Assembly (NCBI GenBank): GCA_024137785.1
Contig: JAHRHZ010000289.1
Location: 33,147,164 to 33,211,163 of the forward strand
Direction of reading: 5' to 3'
DNA from: Ginglymostoma cirratum
Lineage: Eukaryota
DNA: 64,000 bases
The notes under the pieces were generated by a model. It had not been told where the DNA came from, ran no database searches, and saw only the letters and a list, made by a program, of their open reading frames with translations. The position numbers and the translations under genes were made by a program. Below are positions 35,740 to 48,497 of this stretch, one piece after another; the first letter of the stretch is position 1, and each line of letters begins with the position of its first letter.

Positions 35740-38717
35740 AGCAGAGTCCTCCAACATTTTTAAGACAGAGTTGAAGAGATTCTTGTGAAGAAAGAGGTGG
35801 AAGGTTATCAAGGGTGGGTGGGAATATGGATTTGAAATTACCGTCAGATCACCCATGGTGTTATTAAAAGATGGAGTGGGCTTGAGGGACTGAATGATCG
35901 ACTCCTCGTCTTGGGTCATATGTTGCAATGTAGATCATTACAAAACTGAAGGGAAATAAAGGTAAACAAGGAAGACGCCATGTTTACATGGAATTATGCC
36001 AATGGCTTACATCTAGTTAAGAAAATCCTTTGTCTGTCTGGTACTTCTTTCCATCAGCCTCCTAAACCAAAATAAACTTTTTATCCTGAGAGTGATTGTT
36101 TTAAAATTCAGTCCTGGGATGTGGGCATCACTGGTTGGTCAGCATTTGTTGTCCTTCCCTCATAGTCCATTCCATTCATGCTTGCTGGCCACATTAACCA
36201 TCACCTCTTGCTGCTAGATATTTTTGTTACATTTTGTTGTTACAAATGTACATTCTGCTACATTTTTATGCACTGCTCCATAATGCATTGACTTTTTTTG
36301 ACGTCTGATTCCAATACTGTGGCTCGGTCTCTAGTATCTAACACAAAATGCCATTATAGTAATTGACCAAGAAGGCAATTCATGTCACCAAAAGACGTTT
36401 ACTCACATGCTACAAACTCTTTCTGTGGCATATGTTTTTTTTTAACCTCATTTACTTCAGTGTAATGAAAAAATAATTCAGTGCAACTGGATCCACTTCC
36501 AATAAGCTAAAACCAGTTTAAATGATGTAAAATTACAACTGCTTACACAAAAACACGGCTGCTGTGCCAAGTGCTCTGAACCTTGCGTTGGCGCAGTCTG
36601 AAGGATTTAAACTGCCAACCGTCAAGCTGTCACAACACATTTATGGTGGAGTACCATGAAAAAATTAATGTGCTCGCGAGGGAGAAGTTGGTACATTTTC
36701 AATGAAAATGTAGAGATGAGAAAAAATAAATACGATATGCATCTACACAATATTTTCTTACTGCCTCTCTCTCACAGTGGTCAGATACAGAAATCAGCTT
36801 ATGCAGCATACTATTAGGGAAATCTAGAAGTCAATGGACCAGCTTATCAGTTACATCTCAAACTACTGAAGCCATCATTCAGCTAATGCTTGAAAGACAT
36901 CAGCCTCCCTCCCCCTCCAAAAAAGCACAAATTCAAAATAGAATTATCTGAATTCATTGCAACATTTCAAAAATTTTCCTATTTTCTCTCAACAGGAATG
37001 CTCAATAAATCAGTTTTTTGATGTGATCATGATACAGTGCAGACATGTCTTTCAACTTTCGATAACGCATTTGTGGTCTCATAACAATGTGAACCATTCA
37101 TACAACAGGTTACGTTGAGACAGCACGTATTGTCTAATATTCACCTGCAAATCATTCCAAGAAACTTCATCATCTGTTATAACTTACTGACAAGATATCA
37201 ATAAAATATCCGGCTAAAAGATATTCTGTCCTTCATTTTCACATTGCCAAAACAGAGATCTTACAGGAAGATTTTCCCAGAACTGAGTATACTCGACTCG
37301 TCTCCAACGTCAAAAGAAGGACTTTATAACATTATAATAGGCCTAGTTACAATAGATCCATGCTATACGACAAGTATGCCGCAGTAACAAATAATCAAGC
37401 CTATATGTTTAACACTTTTGAATTTATTTTGCACAATTTACAATCTCTTTCACTCGACTGCGCAAGGTATTTTCAATTTATTGGCTTTTTTCCCAATGTT
37501 CTTTTTTTCCTAATATTTACTGGAGCCGATTTAAGTACGATTATATATGTGCAGATAATGAAGGGAAAATTGTGATTTGCTTGATTTGATTTCTATCACT
37601 TCCCACCTGTTTCCATTTTATATGCATTATAATCCATTCTGGTGATGAATAGTACCTTACCTATTTCTCACTAAATGTTTTATTAATATTGTATGACTTT
37701 GAAATGTAGCAAAGGAAATCAAAACTGATGGCTTTTGCTTTCTGAAAATTGAAACAATTTTAGTGGTTTGTTTCTTCGTAAACTATTGTTTTCAAAGCAT
37801 TTATTATAAATGCAAAACCTTCTATGGAGCAAGAAAATAAATCAAAAATAAAAACTGCAAAGTACTCTGAGAAACCCAATCTTTAGTATGCAAAAAGGTC
37901 TGAGAAAGATTTCAACTTTCAATAAGACAATTTTTTTTATCACCTACAAAGAAAAGAGGAAGAAAAGTACATCAGTTCTTCACAGTCAACCTGGGCAATG
38001 AAAAAGTGCCATATCAACCTGAACTTTGCAGCTATAATATAAAAGTTTCTGATAAATATTTGGTTCATCAATACTGTTTCATCAATTTAAAGCCTCAGAA
38101 TTATATCACATTCCATTCACCACCACAGCTTGCTAAATTACATTGACTTCTGGTTCAGTAAGATCATAAGTTTTTGCTTCTCATCCTTGTGGCCAAATCT
38201 ATCTGTGTCTTCACTCCTTACAAACTCCTTTAGCTCTACAAAGCATCAAGATTACTGTGGTCCTCCAATTCTCTCCACACTGAAACCCCAGAGGCCGAAT
38301 TTTCATGGCAGTGTAGGGACCCTGAAGTTGAGCATATTTTTGGATCCCGATGGCCATTAGAATTGTTAACAATTCGCTCAATTAGTGAGTGCACATTTAC
38401 TGCGCAATTAATTGCGACACCCCCGTTCCTGATCTCCCCAACCGTGGACCTCTAACATACCCATCCTCCCTTCCTCCCCTAATCCCACCCCGCCCTATTG
38501 AGGAAAATGGAGTGTTGGCTCTTTCTCTGCCTCATATCTTGGCAGGGAGGTGTTATGATCTCAGTGATGTTACTATTGGACATCAGATCTCAGAATGAAA
38601 ATGGCTTGAGAGATATCATTTAATGTGACAGTATTTCACTCAAACAGATGTGCACAAGGTTGAAGACCTGACTTTAGCATTAAAAAATTATATTACACAA
38701 AATAAATAAAAATAAAA

Positions 38718-38850
38718 ATGAGGAAGGGTCACCAGACCTGAAATGTTAACTCTGTTTTTTCCTTCACTGATGCTGCCAGACCTGCCGAGCTTTTCTAGGA
38801 ACTTTGTTTTTGTTCCTGATTTACAGCATCTGCAGTTCTTTCGGTTTTTA
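38718..38850 (+). mobile_element. PLE terminal fragment with hammerhead-like motif
   Basis: atgaggaagggtcaccagacctgaaatgttaactctg..gatgctgccagacctgc..cagcatctgcagttc. Confidence 0.7.
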
Positions 38851-39216
38851 CAAAAATAAGCCAAACCAGTTAACTAACTACAACAGTTTGAAAGATTTTA
38901 AAACACGTGGTGAAACAAAATTTCATTTCATCCCCAACACCATCATATCACAGCAATTCAAAAATCAAAAAAAATCTTCCCTATTGAAGCTATAGGTTTG
39001 GATTAATTTCTTCCTCTCAGTTCTGATCCCATAAACTGTGAGAACCTTGATTGTCCACACAACTGTGATTTCAGACTCTCTCAGCTTTTTTCTAATAATT
39101 TGTAGAATTCTAATCAAACAGTCCTGGTCGGATTGCTTCACAAACTACACCGTTTCACTGAGGTAACATATTTACCTTACCGCTTTAAACAATGTCTTTT
39201 CTCTCGGAAAGTCTTC

Positions 39217-39418
39217 ACAGGTAGCTCTCCTATGATGTAATTGTGCTCTTGTGTGATCTCAAGCAATAGAAGATCGCCATAGAAAATCGTATTATAGGAA
39301 AATCACTACACCTGCACAGCAGAAAGTTTGCGAGATCCAAACAGCATCCACTATTCACCAATAACGTTACAGGCAATTCACATTAGCAAAACGCATGTTG
39401 TAGCAGAACAACCTCTAC
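39217..39418. mobile_element. Tc1/mariner-pogo-like MITE
   Basis: Imperfect TIRs acaggtagctctcctatgatg and catgttgtagcagaacaacctcta. The internal sequence recurs at 40285-40327 (cctgtacagcggaaagtttgctagatccaa). Confidence 0.55.
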
Positions 39419-39799
39419 ATGCTTTTAACTCCAGTCAGGTCTCCTTTGAACGGCCCAAAAGATTTTGAAGTAAGAAAAATCTCATTTTAAACTCTGCTAA
39501 GCTAATGGCTTGATGTTTTCTCACTTCATTTGTAAACCTGTACAATGTAAACAAACTTTTATTAATACCAGGAGGTACAAAGTGGTTTAAAAACATGCCT
39601 GCAGAAAGGCTAACCTAGTTACTTTTCAAACTCCTTCATAAAAATAGACCAACACCAATTTACCACTTGTTTGAAATCTAAACACTAATGAAAATTATAT
39701 TAGCATATAGAACAATGCACCTTTCATCAAAGGGGCTAATTCCATTGCAAGTCATGTTTTTGCTTCACTGGGAGCCTTGCATGCTGACTGGAAAGGTCC

Positions 39800-39935
39800 T
39801 TCAGACACAACAAGTCACTGCACTCGAAATGTCAATTCTGTTTTTCTCTCTACAGGTGCTGCCAGACCGGCTGCATTTCTCTTGCACTTCCGGCTTTTTT
39901 TCCAGACTTCCTGCATCTGCAGTTCTTTTATTTAT
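39800..39935 (+). mobile_element. PLE terminal fragment
   Basis: gtcactgcactcgaaatgtcaattctg..gctgccagaccggctg..gcatctgcagttc. Confidence 0.6.
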
Positions 39936-41454
39936 ATTCAACACGTCCCTCTCATTTCAAAATGCATATCTGTAATTTTTCAAATCATACAGTGACATAA
40001 TGCAAAAGGTGTCTTCAAAATATGGTGGCAACAAAAAGCCCTTGATAGTAATAGGGATCTGTGCAGGGTGTGGGACAGCGCTGATTCAATAGAGGCACCT
40101 GCCACGGCTAGTGACGTGGAGGTCCCAAAAGTTTTGAATGGACCACTAAAGAGCTTATCTTGGAGAATCAGAAGCTTCCCTCTTGGCACAGAGATCAGGC
40201 CTTTCCCATGAAACCAGTTTATTAACTAAATTCCTGCCCAGCTTTTACATGAACCCTATCCATGCACTTTAAAATATAGAGGGGTGCTATACCTGTACAG
40301 CGGAAAGTTTGCTAGATCCAATCAGCGAAATCTGTTTCTCCAAATGACCTTATCTTGAATGCTTAGCTGAGTGTCAATGCTTATTATTGGAAGAGAATGA
40401 GTTTGTATTTACAGATGTGCATGGAATGGGTGATTTGACTATAATGTTATGACAAGTTATCCCTTTTTGGGACTTTATTTTTCAATTCTGCATGTTTAAT
40501 TGAACAAGATTAAGAGGTGAAGCAAGGTAAAGCTTCTCTTACCGATATTACAATGGCTGTGTCTAATTAAAACTTCTACAATCTCTTGTAAGAACAGCAT
40601 GATTTTATTTTCGAAGCAGAATTCTGAATGGACACTTCGTTAATACAGATTTCAAGGCTTGTCATTGTTATTATATGATTAATTTGTTCGATAGTACATA
40701 ATTGATGACTAAACATGGTGATGCAGAGTCACAGCAGACATATGGACAAGATCCTTAGAACTTGTCTTTCAAAAGATTTCCAGGTCCAGGCTATGGTTCA
40801 CAAATCCTCCTAAGGTCTGTGAACCATTTATGGACCTTAGGAGGATTTGTGAACCATTCGTGCTTGAAAAGTTGGCCCATCCCCATGACAATTGTGAAGA
40901 AATGTGGAATATCTAGGCCAGTGACTAGGAACAAAACTGAGCCCATCAGATCTGGTGTGCAGGGTGTGAACTCATTACCTCACCTGACACCACACCAAAA
41001 AATTGCCAGTGATGGAAATCTTGGAAATTGGTTCTGTCCACCACTTCTGAAGGCTGCCAGAGGCAGTCCAAAACACCAAAAGTCCGGCCCTTTTTCTCCT
41101 CAATTGGTTGCACTCCACAATGCCCAACAAAAATGAAGATCATAAATTTGCTGTCAGGATCATGAAGCTAATTTTAGTTCTGATGCATGTATTTGCTTTT
41201 GTTGTAAAAATGGAAACCAACAACATGTTCAAGTGTAACAACCCAAATTTAATTGCAAAAGTTGAAAAATGCATAGATATCACTCTCTAAATTGGATGAA
41301 GTTGCGCGCAAATAGTTTTTTTCTGTACAGAAGATGCAATACTGTTCCATGTAAACTGGGTCTTTCAGACCCAAGACCAAACATTTATCTTTCAAATGCC
41401 ATATCATAACATTTCTAACATTTTTAAGTTAAACAAAACAGAATACTTTATGAA

Positions 41455-42414
41455 GGTAGACAGACAGGAGGCTGGAAGAACACAGCAAGCCAGGTAGCAT
41501 CTGGAGAGGGTTGGAGGGGTGGAGACAGAATGGTGGTGATAGGTGGACACTGGTAGTAGGTATGACCTGGTTGGCCAATGGGAGGCACAGTCAGAAGGTG
41601 GAATGGAAGAGAGGAGGTGGGGCTGGAAAGGTAGCCAGAGGATGAGTGGGAAGGTTATTTGAAATTGGATAACTCAAAGCTCAGTCCTCTGGGCTGCAGG
41701 ATGCCCAGGCAGAAGATAAGATGTTGTTTTCTCAAATTTGCGTTCTGATTCGCTGCGACATTGGAGAAGGCTGAGGACAGACATGTCGGCGGTGAGGGAA
41801 GTAATGTCGGTCCATAAACTGTTACCAGAAATGGAAATGGAGAGGTCAAGAAGGGGGAGGGTGGTGTCTGAGATCGACCAAGTGAATTTGAGGGTGGGGT
41901 GGAAGTTGTTAGTGAAGTCAATGAATGCTCCAGATCAGCCTGGGTGCAGGGTGCAGCATCGATGCAGTCATCGATGTAACGGTGGAAGAGCTGGGGAACA
42001 GTACCAGAGTGTGTACTGAAGAGGCACCCGAAAGCTCAGAGGACTCAACATTGAGCTCTCCAATTTCAAATAACCTACTAACCCATCCTCCGGCTCCCTT
42101 TTCAGCCCCGCCTCCTCGCTTCCATTCCACCTTCTGACTCTCCCTTCCAGCCATCAACCAGGTTCATCCCTACCATCGACCAACCAGGTCATACCGAATA
42201 CCAGTGTCTATCAATCACTGCCATTCTGCTACCCGCCCCTCCCCCACTCTTCATCTGCAGCTCCTCCTCCCCCCACATCTAGCCCTGAAGAAGAGTAATT
42301 CCCGAAACATTGACTTATCCTTTCCTGCAGATGCTGCCTGGCTTGCTGTGTTCTTTCAGTTTCCTGTTTGTCTCCCTTGGATTCCAGCATCTGCAGTTTT
42401 TTCATCTCTTAAAC
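41455..42414. mobile_element. Internally deleted PLE with inverted pLTRs
   Basis: 41455-41700 and 42030-42400 are inverted homologues. The internal minus strand has RT remnants (F.NNFHPTLKFTWS..PFLDLS). 13-bp TSD AATACTTTATGAA at 41442-41454 and 42415-42427. Hammerhead CTGAAGA..GAAAC at 42285-42308. Confidence 0.88.
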
Positions 42415-42884
42415 AATACTTTATGAAACCCTACCCAAACAGGTTAATCAGTTTCAGCAAGTTTGTACAGTCAGTCAGTGGGTTATTGCCAACAGGCTCT
42501 CTCATCTGTATTACACCGAACAGTGCTCAATTTCACTTTCCAAACAGTCAAAAAATAATTGCTTTCATTTGTGGGGTACAGAAAGATGCCAACAGATAAC
42601 TGGTGTGAACCAGTTTAATAAATATATTTTGAATAATATACTTTGTACAGACTTTCTGACAGGAGGAGAGCTTTTCCAGCAGCATAGAGTGGAGTTGTAT
42701 GTCAAGACCATGCAGCCATCTGAACACAGATAATTCCATGGAATTGCCCAGGAAGTGGAAAGTTCTGATGGGCATTGACTCAGCACCTGGAACCTCTGAA
42801 ACAAAAAACCCAACTCTGGAGGCTGAGGATGATTCCAATATAACTATCTTTATGGTTAAGCAAGAAATAGGGCCAGAAGACATA

Positions 42885-43292
42885 TGACATCAGGTTATAG
42901 TCCAACAGTTTTTTTGAAATCATAAGCTTTTGGGGCACTGTTTCTTCATCAGATGCAGTGAGAAAGCAGGGCGCACAGACAAGAATTTACAGACAGAGAG
43001 ATCAAACGCAGAGAGACTGAAAGATCATACAACTGGTGTTAGTGGAGAGTCATATGTTAAGTCTCTGCAGGAGACCAAGAGTGTTAGACGGTGTGTAAAA
43101 TGTTTATAATGTCAGTGTCAGTGTTGTGCTGTCATGACAATCAAGCAGAGCCATAGGAATATACAAAAGGTGACATCTCAGTCCAGACACTGAATTGTCG
43201 GCGTGAGGCTTTGTTCAAACAAACCTGTCAGATTGGTGTCATGTGACTTCTGATTTTGTCCACCCCAGTCCAACATCAGCACCTCCACATCA
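42885..43292. mobile_element. Short PLE derivative of another family with inverted ends
   Basis: gacatcaggttatagtccaacag..ttgaa versus ttcaaacaaacctgtc..tggtgtcatgtg. Minus-strand CTGATGA-ag..AAAAGC hammerhead-like motif at 42925-42952. Confidence 0.6.
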
Positions 43293-43439
43293 TTCACAAG
43301 GAATGTTCGAGGAATTAAAACCTATTCTAATTGCTGAGAACATGTTAACAGATGCTCAACCCATCACTGATGACTCCCTAGACATGATTTATACCACCAC
43401 AAACATGCTAGAGACAAAATTCCTCAAGTCCCTATTCAC

Positions 43440-46036
43440 TGTGACTGGCGAATTCAAAAAAAAGCCAAGCTCAAGCAGGTGATACCACCAACGCATCTCC
43501 TGCCCCACCAGGGGACCGAACATTCTGGGCCACTGCTACACAACCATCAAAGATGCCTACCGCTCAATTCCCTGCCCACACTTTGGAAAATCCAACCACA
43601 GCACTGAGTTCCTCCTCCTAGCCTACAAGCAGAAGCTGAAACGGGCGAATCCTTTATGAAAAGAAGTACAGTGCTGGTCTGAGGTGGCAGAAGACCATTT
43701 CCAAGACTGCTTGGAATCGGTGGACTGGGCGGTGTTCAAGTGTTCAGTGGGAAACCTGGACAAGTATGCCACCACCGTCACCGAATTCATGGAGGAATTC
43801 TTTACTCATTCACAGGATGAGGGTGTCACTCGCTAGGCAGTATTTATTGCCCATCCCTAATTGCCCAGAGGGCAGATAAGAGTCAACCATATTGTTGTGG
43901 GTTTGGAGTCACATGTAGGCCAGACCAGGTAAGGATGGCAGTTTCCTTCCCTAAGGGACATTCATGAACCAGATGGGTTTTTCCTGACAATCGACAATGG
44001 ATTCATGGTCATCATTAGATTCTTTATTCCAGATATTTGTTGAATTCACATTCCACTATCTGCCATGGCAGGATTCGAACCCAAGTCCCCAGAACGTTAT
44101 CTGGGTCGCTGAATTAATAGTCCAGTGACATTACCACTAGGCCATCGCCTCCCCGATATGTGTCACAAATGTGTAACAAAGAAGTCAATCCAAGTGCTCC
44201 CCAGCTGTAAACCTTGGATGAACCAGGAAATCAACGCCCTACTGAAGACAGACATGCAGCATTCAGGCTGGGTGGCGCTGACCAATACAGGAAATCCAGA
44301 TATGATCTCCTCAAAGCCAAGAGGCAGTACTAGATCCAGTTAGAGGCTCAGACCAACCAGACCAAACAGACTCCTGCCATCTATGGAAAGGCCTAAATGA
44401 CATGACACATCCCTCCCTGAGACACTCAATGTTTTCTATGTTCAGTTTGGGCAGACTACCACTGGTGTGGCGATGCCCTGGACATACCTGTTCCCTCTGT
44501 CATCGCTTCAGAAATCAGATCAGTCTTCTTGGGAGTCAACCCAAGGAAATCAACGGGCCCGGACAGCGACCCCAGCCGAGCACTCAGATACTGTGAGGAC
44601 CAACTGGCAGAGGCATTCACCAACATCTTCAACCTCTCTCTCCTACAAGCCGAAATCCCCATGTGCTTCAAGAAGACCGCCATCATCCCTGTACCTAAGA
44701 AAACACATGCAGTGCAGTACCTTTTATCTCTGATACAGTGTCTCTAACTGACTACCGCCCACTGACTCTGGCTTCAATAATCACAAAGTGCTTTGAGAGG
44801 CTGGTCATAACCCACATCAACTCCAGTCTCCCAGCCTGCCTCGATCCCCTACAGTTTGCCAACTGATGTAACAGATCCATAGAGGATACCATATCCATAG
44901 CTCAGCACTCATCCATGGAACATCTGGACAACAAAGACACCTACATCAGACTCCTGCTCGTTGACTTCAGCTCTACCTTCAACACCATTTTTGCCTCCAG
45001 ACTGATCTCAAAACTGCAGGTGGATCCTTAGCTTTCTGACCCATAGACCACAATCAGTGAAGATAGGTAACTGCACCTCCTCCACAAAATAACACTCAAC
45101 ACTGGAGCCCCCCAAGGATGCATCCTTAGCCCACTAATGTACTCTCTGTACACCGACGACAGTGTTGGCAAATTCCAAACTAATGCCATCTACAAGTTCA
45201 CTGATGACACCACCGTAGTGGTACGGATATCTAACAATGATGAGTCAAAATACATAAAGGAGATAGAAGGCTTGGTGACGTGATGCAATGAAAACAATCC
45301 GTCTCTCAACTTCTGCAAAACTAAAGAACTGACCATTGACTTCAGAAAGAAAGGAGGAGAACATGCTCCCATTTACATCAACAGAGCTGAGACTGAGAGA
45401 GCGAAGAACATCAAGTTCCTCGGAGTGACGATAGCCAATGACCTGTCCTGGACTTCCCACGTAAATACAACAGTCAAGAAGGCACAACAACATCTCTTCT
45501 TCCTCAGGTGACTCAGGAAATTTAGCATGCCCGTAAGGTCCCTCACCAAATTCTAAAAATGCACAATTGAAAGCATACTGTCTGAGTGCCTAATAGCCTG
45601 GTATGGCAACTGCTCTTCCCAGGACTGTAAGAAACTACAGAAGGTGGTATGCACAGCTCAGGCCATCATGGAAGCCAACCTTCCATCCATGGACTCCATT
45701 TACACAGCTTGTTGTCACGGAAAGGTGGTCAACATTATCAAAAACCCATCGCACCCCGGTAATGACCTCCTACAACCTCTTCCGTCAGGCAGAAGATAAC
45801 AGAAGCCTGAACACACACATGAGCAGGTTCAGGAACAGCTTCTTTCCAGCTATGATCAGACTATTGAATGGACTCTAGCCTCAAATAATGTAACCTGTAA
45901 TGTAACCTGTATGCCTCTAAGCCTTTTTGATCTGTGCATCCTTCGCTTGCAGTGACCTGCCTGTACTGCTCGTCAACAAAGCTTTTCACTGTATTTTGGT
46001 ACATGTGACAATAAATTCAAAATCAAAATCAAAATC
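43440..46036 (+). mobile_element. Rex1/Babar-type LINE, 5'-truncated and frameshifted
   Basis: VNPRKSTGPD..RALR.C.DQLAEAFTNIFNLSL, FKKTAIIPVPKK, KCFERLV, DPLQFA, YIRLLLVDFSSTFNTI, TGAPQGCILSPL.YSLYT, KFTDDT, RFRNSFFP. Ends AATAAA plus (CAAAAT)n. Confidence 0.9.
43800..44153 (-). mobile_element. tRNA-derived SINE (same family as 3932-4290) nested in the Rex1 LINE
   Basis: Reverse-complement homology to 3932-4290 over its full length. Confidence 0.9.
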
Positions 46037-46403
46037 CCCTGCCCAAGCTCCCCCTCAGGCTCATGTACACTCTTCCCTCCCACCCACACCAGACCCAATA
46101 CCGCACCCTGACGTGACCCTTTCACAATCCCCCATGGATAACCAGTATGTACACTCACAATGTACCCAACTTGACATCCTGTTCTCATCCGACACCCTAA
46201 ATCTGCTCATGAAACCTCCACCCCCAACCATAACAGATCCACGTCAACCAGAAGAGCTGGCTCAATCCGAGCTATCCATTCACCCTACACATCTGCCACC
46301 TTGCCACTCTACTCCCATACTTTACCACTCACAATGTGATTCCAAAATCTCCCCACTATGGTATTTGAATGTTCCCTGACTGAATCCAAAGTCTCTCGTC
46401 ATT

Positions 46404-46609
46404 CCACACCTGCCTCTTTGACCTGTCTGTCTCCTCCACTGATCTTCTCCTTTATCCATCTTCTATCCGCCTCCCCCTCCTCCCTATTTATTTCAGAATC
46501 CCCTTCCCTTGTCCCATTTCTGAAGAAGGGTCTAGGCCTGAAACATCAGCTTTCCTGCTCCTCTGATGCTGCTTGGCCTGCTGTGTTCATCCAGCTCTAC
46601 ACCTTGTTA
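46404..46609 (+). mobile_element. Short PLE pLTR insertion with hammerhead motif
   Basis: CTGAAGA-agggtctaggcct-GAAAC at 46520-46544. Probable 12-bp TSD TCTCT(C/T)GTCATT at 46392-46403 and 46610-46621. Confidence 0.85.
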
Positions 46610-46789
46610 TCTCTTGTCATTATTCCTTGCATGTCAAGATAATTACACCTGTATTTCCTTGTTCTTTTCAATTTTTTGTGCTTTTACTCTACCCTCAACA
46701 ATTTTACCCAACTCTACGGGAACACCCCTCTGACACCTTTCAAAACGGAATAATTTCTCCAGTCCTTCATCATAATAGCACGTCTGATA

Positions 46790-47100
46790 GTCTTGTCAGC
46801 TTTCTCTGCTGCGTCACTGGATTGTTTCTCAGTGGTGAGAGATGAGTGGAATATACGAGATGAGATCAGGATTGATTGGGTCCAGTTTGAACACAACTTC
46901 TGCTCACTGATATTCCTCTGCTTTGGTACATCGGTCAGCATCCTATTGTCTTTGTTCTGCAATGCTTGGGTATGATTAGTGTCCATTAAGACTTCCAGGT
47001 TCCTTTCAGCTTCAGTTTTAATCATTACAAAAGATACAAGTATCATCTCTTGATCCAGGCTCTTGCACAGCAGTTGAACTTGTTTATGCCTGAAACCCAC
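46790..47100 (-). mobile_element. Old CR1 RT fragment
   Basis: AERNLEVLMD..DNRML resembles CR1 ERDLGVLVD..ANRML. Confidence 0.45.
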
Positions 47101-47314
47101 GTAAATTCCCTTGGAAGGAAGTACAGCAACTCTTGTCTTATGTCAGGGTTATACCAAAACCTTCCAAGAATTTCCCGGCCAATGTGTACAATTCTTTTCA
47201 GCATTCAAAGCTACCTCTTCCAACTCCAATGCACCTTCTGGTTTGACGGAACAGTTTTCAGTTCAAATTATAATATTTTGCACTGGATTTTATTGACACC
47301 AGTTGCCAAAGTCT

Positions 47315-48117
47315 AGATAGAACATAGAACTGTACAGCACCTTACAGGCCCTTCGGCCCATGATGTTGTGCCGAACTTGTACCCTAATCCTAAGGTCTAT
47401 CTAACCTCCACCCCTACCTTATACTATCATCCATATGCCTATCTAATAGCCGCTTAAATGTCCCTAATGAGGCCGACTCCACTACCCTCTCCGGCAATGC
47501 ATTCCACGCCCCTACCACTCTCTGAGTAAAGAACCTACTTCTGACGTCTCCCCTACATCTACCTCCACTCACTTTAAAACTATGCCCTCTCATAATAGCT
47601 ACCTCCACACTAGGAAAAAGTCTCTGGCTGTTTACTCTATCTATACCTCTGATCATTTTGTACACCTCTATCAAGTCAACTTTCATCCTTCATCGTTCTA
47701 AAGAAAAAAGCCCTAGCTCTCTCAACCTTTTCTCATAAGACCTTCCCTCTATTCCAGGCAACATCCTGGTAAATCTCCTCTGCACCTTTTCCAACGCTTC
47801 CACATCTTTCCTGTAATGAGGCGACCAGAACTGAACACAATACTCCAGATGTGGCCTAACCAGGCTTTTGTATAGCTGGAGCGTAACTTCACGGCACTTT
47901 AACTCAATCCCTCTATTAATGAAAGCTAACACACCATACGTCTTCTTAACAACTCTATCCATCTGGGTGGCAGCTTTCAGGGAACCGTGGACATGAACCC
48001 CAAGATCCCTCTGCTCCTCCACACTGTCAAGAATCTTTCTGTTAACACTGTATTCTGCTTTCAAGTTTGTCTTTCCAAAATGAATCACCTCACACTTTTC
48101 AGGGTTAAACTCCAGCT
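47315..48117 (-). mobile_element. Young CR1 (HER1-type) LINE 3' end
   Basis: FNPEKCEVIHFG, QRDLGVHVH, LYKSLVRPHLEYCVQFWSP, LEKVQRRFTRM and FFTQRVVGAWNALP in one frame with a single CGA>TGA stop (47690-47692). Tail repeat (TTCTATG). Confidence 0.95.
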
Positions 48118-48149
48118 GTGTCACATGACATTTCGCAGTCTATGAGGCT

Positions 48150-48497
48150 AACATGGTTGTTAGCACTGCTGTCTCATAGCACCTGTTCAATTCCACCCTT
48201 GGACGACTGTCTGTGTGCAAACTGGAGTTTGCAACTTCTCCCCGTGTCTGCATGAGCTTCTTCCAGGTGCTCTGGTTTCCTCCCACAGTCCAAAGATATG
48301 TAGGTTTGGTGAATTGGCCATGCTAAATTGGCTATCACATCCAGGGGCATGCAGGCTAGGTGGAGTAGCCACAGGAAATACTGGGTGACAGGGAGATGGG
48401 GGTGGGGTAGGTCTTTGTGGCATGTTGTTCAAAGGGCTGGTGTGGACTTGATGGGCTGAATGGCCTGCTGCCACACTGTAGGAATTCTATGATTCTA
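48150..48497 (+). mobile_element. HE1-type SINE
   Basis: gttagcactgctgtctcatagc, ggagtttgca..ttctccccgtgtctgc, tail cactgtaggaattctatgattcta. Confidence 0.85.

Larger units (their letters stand above)
33755..35925 (+). mobile_element. CR1 LINE 3' part, interrupted by a PLE
   Basis: Decayed RT C-terminus (gataggttaagtgagtg, gtccattttgtcaggaagaat, ttcagaggaagtttactag) and 3' UTR resuming at 35740. Confidence 0.85.
38551..39715. mobile_element. LTR-like insert (TGTTATGATC start) carrying nested PLE and MITE fragments
   Basis: TGTTATG start as at 15579 and 17902. Right end uncertain (..tagaaca near 39713). Confidence 0.35.

Noticed and set aside
35221-35928. 235-aa ORF as a separate gene
   Set aside because: It is an alternative frame over the C-rich PLE strand, running into CR1 sequence.
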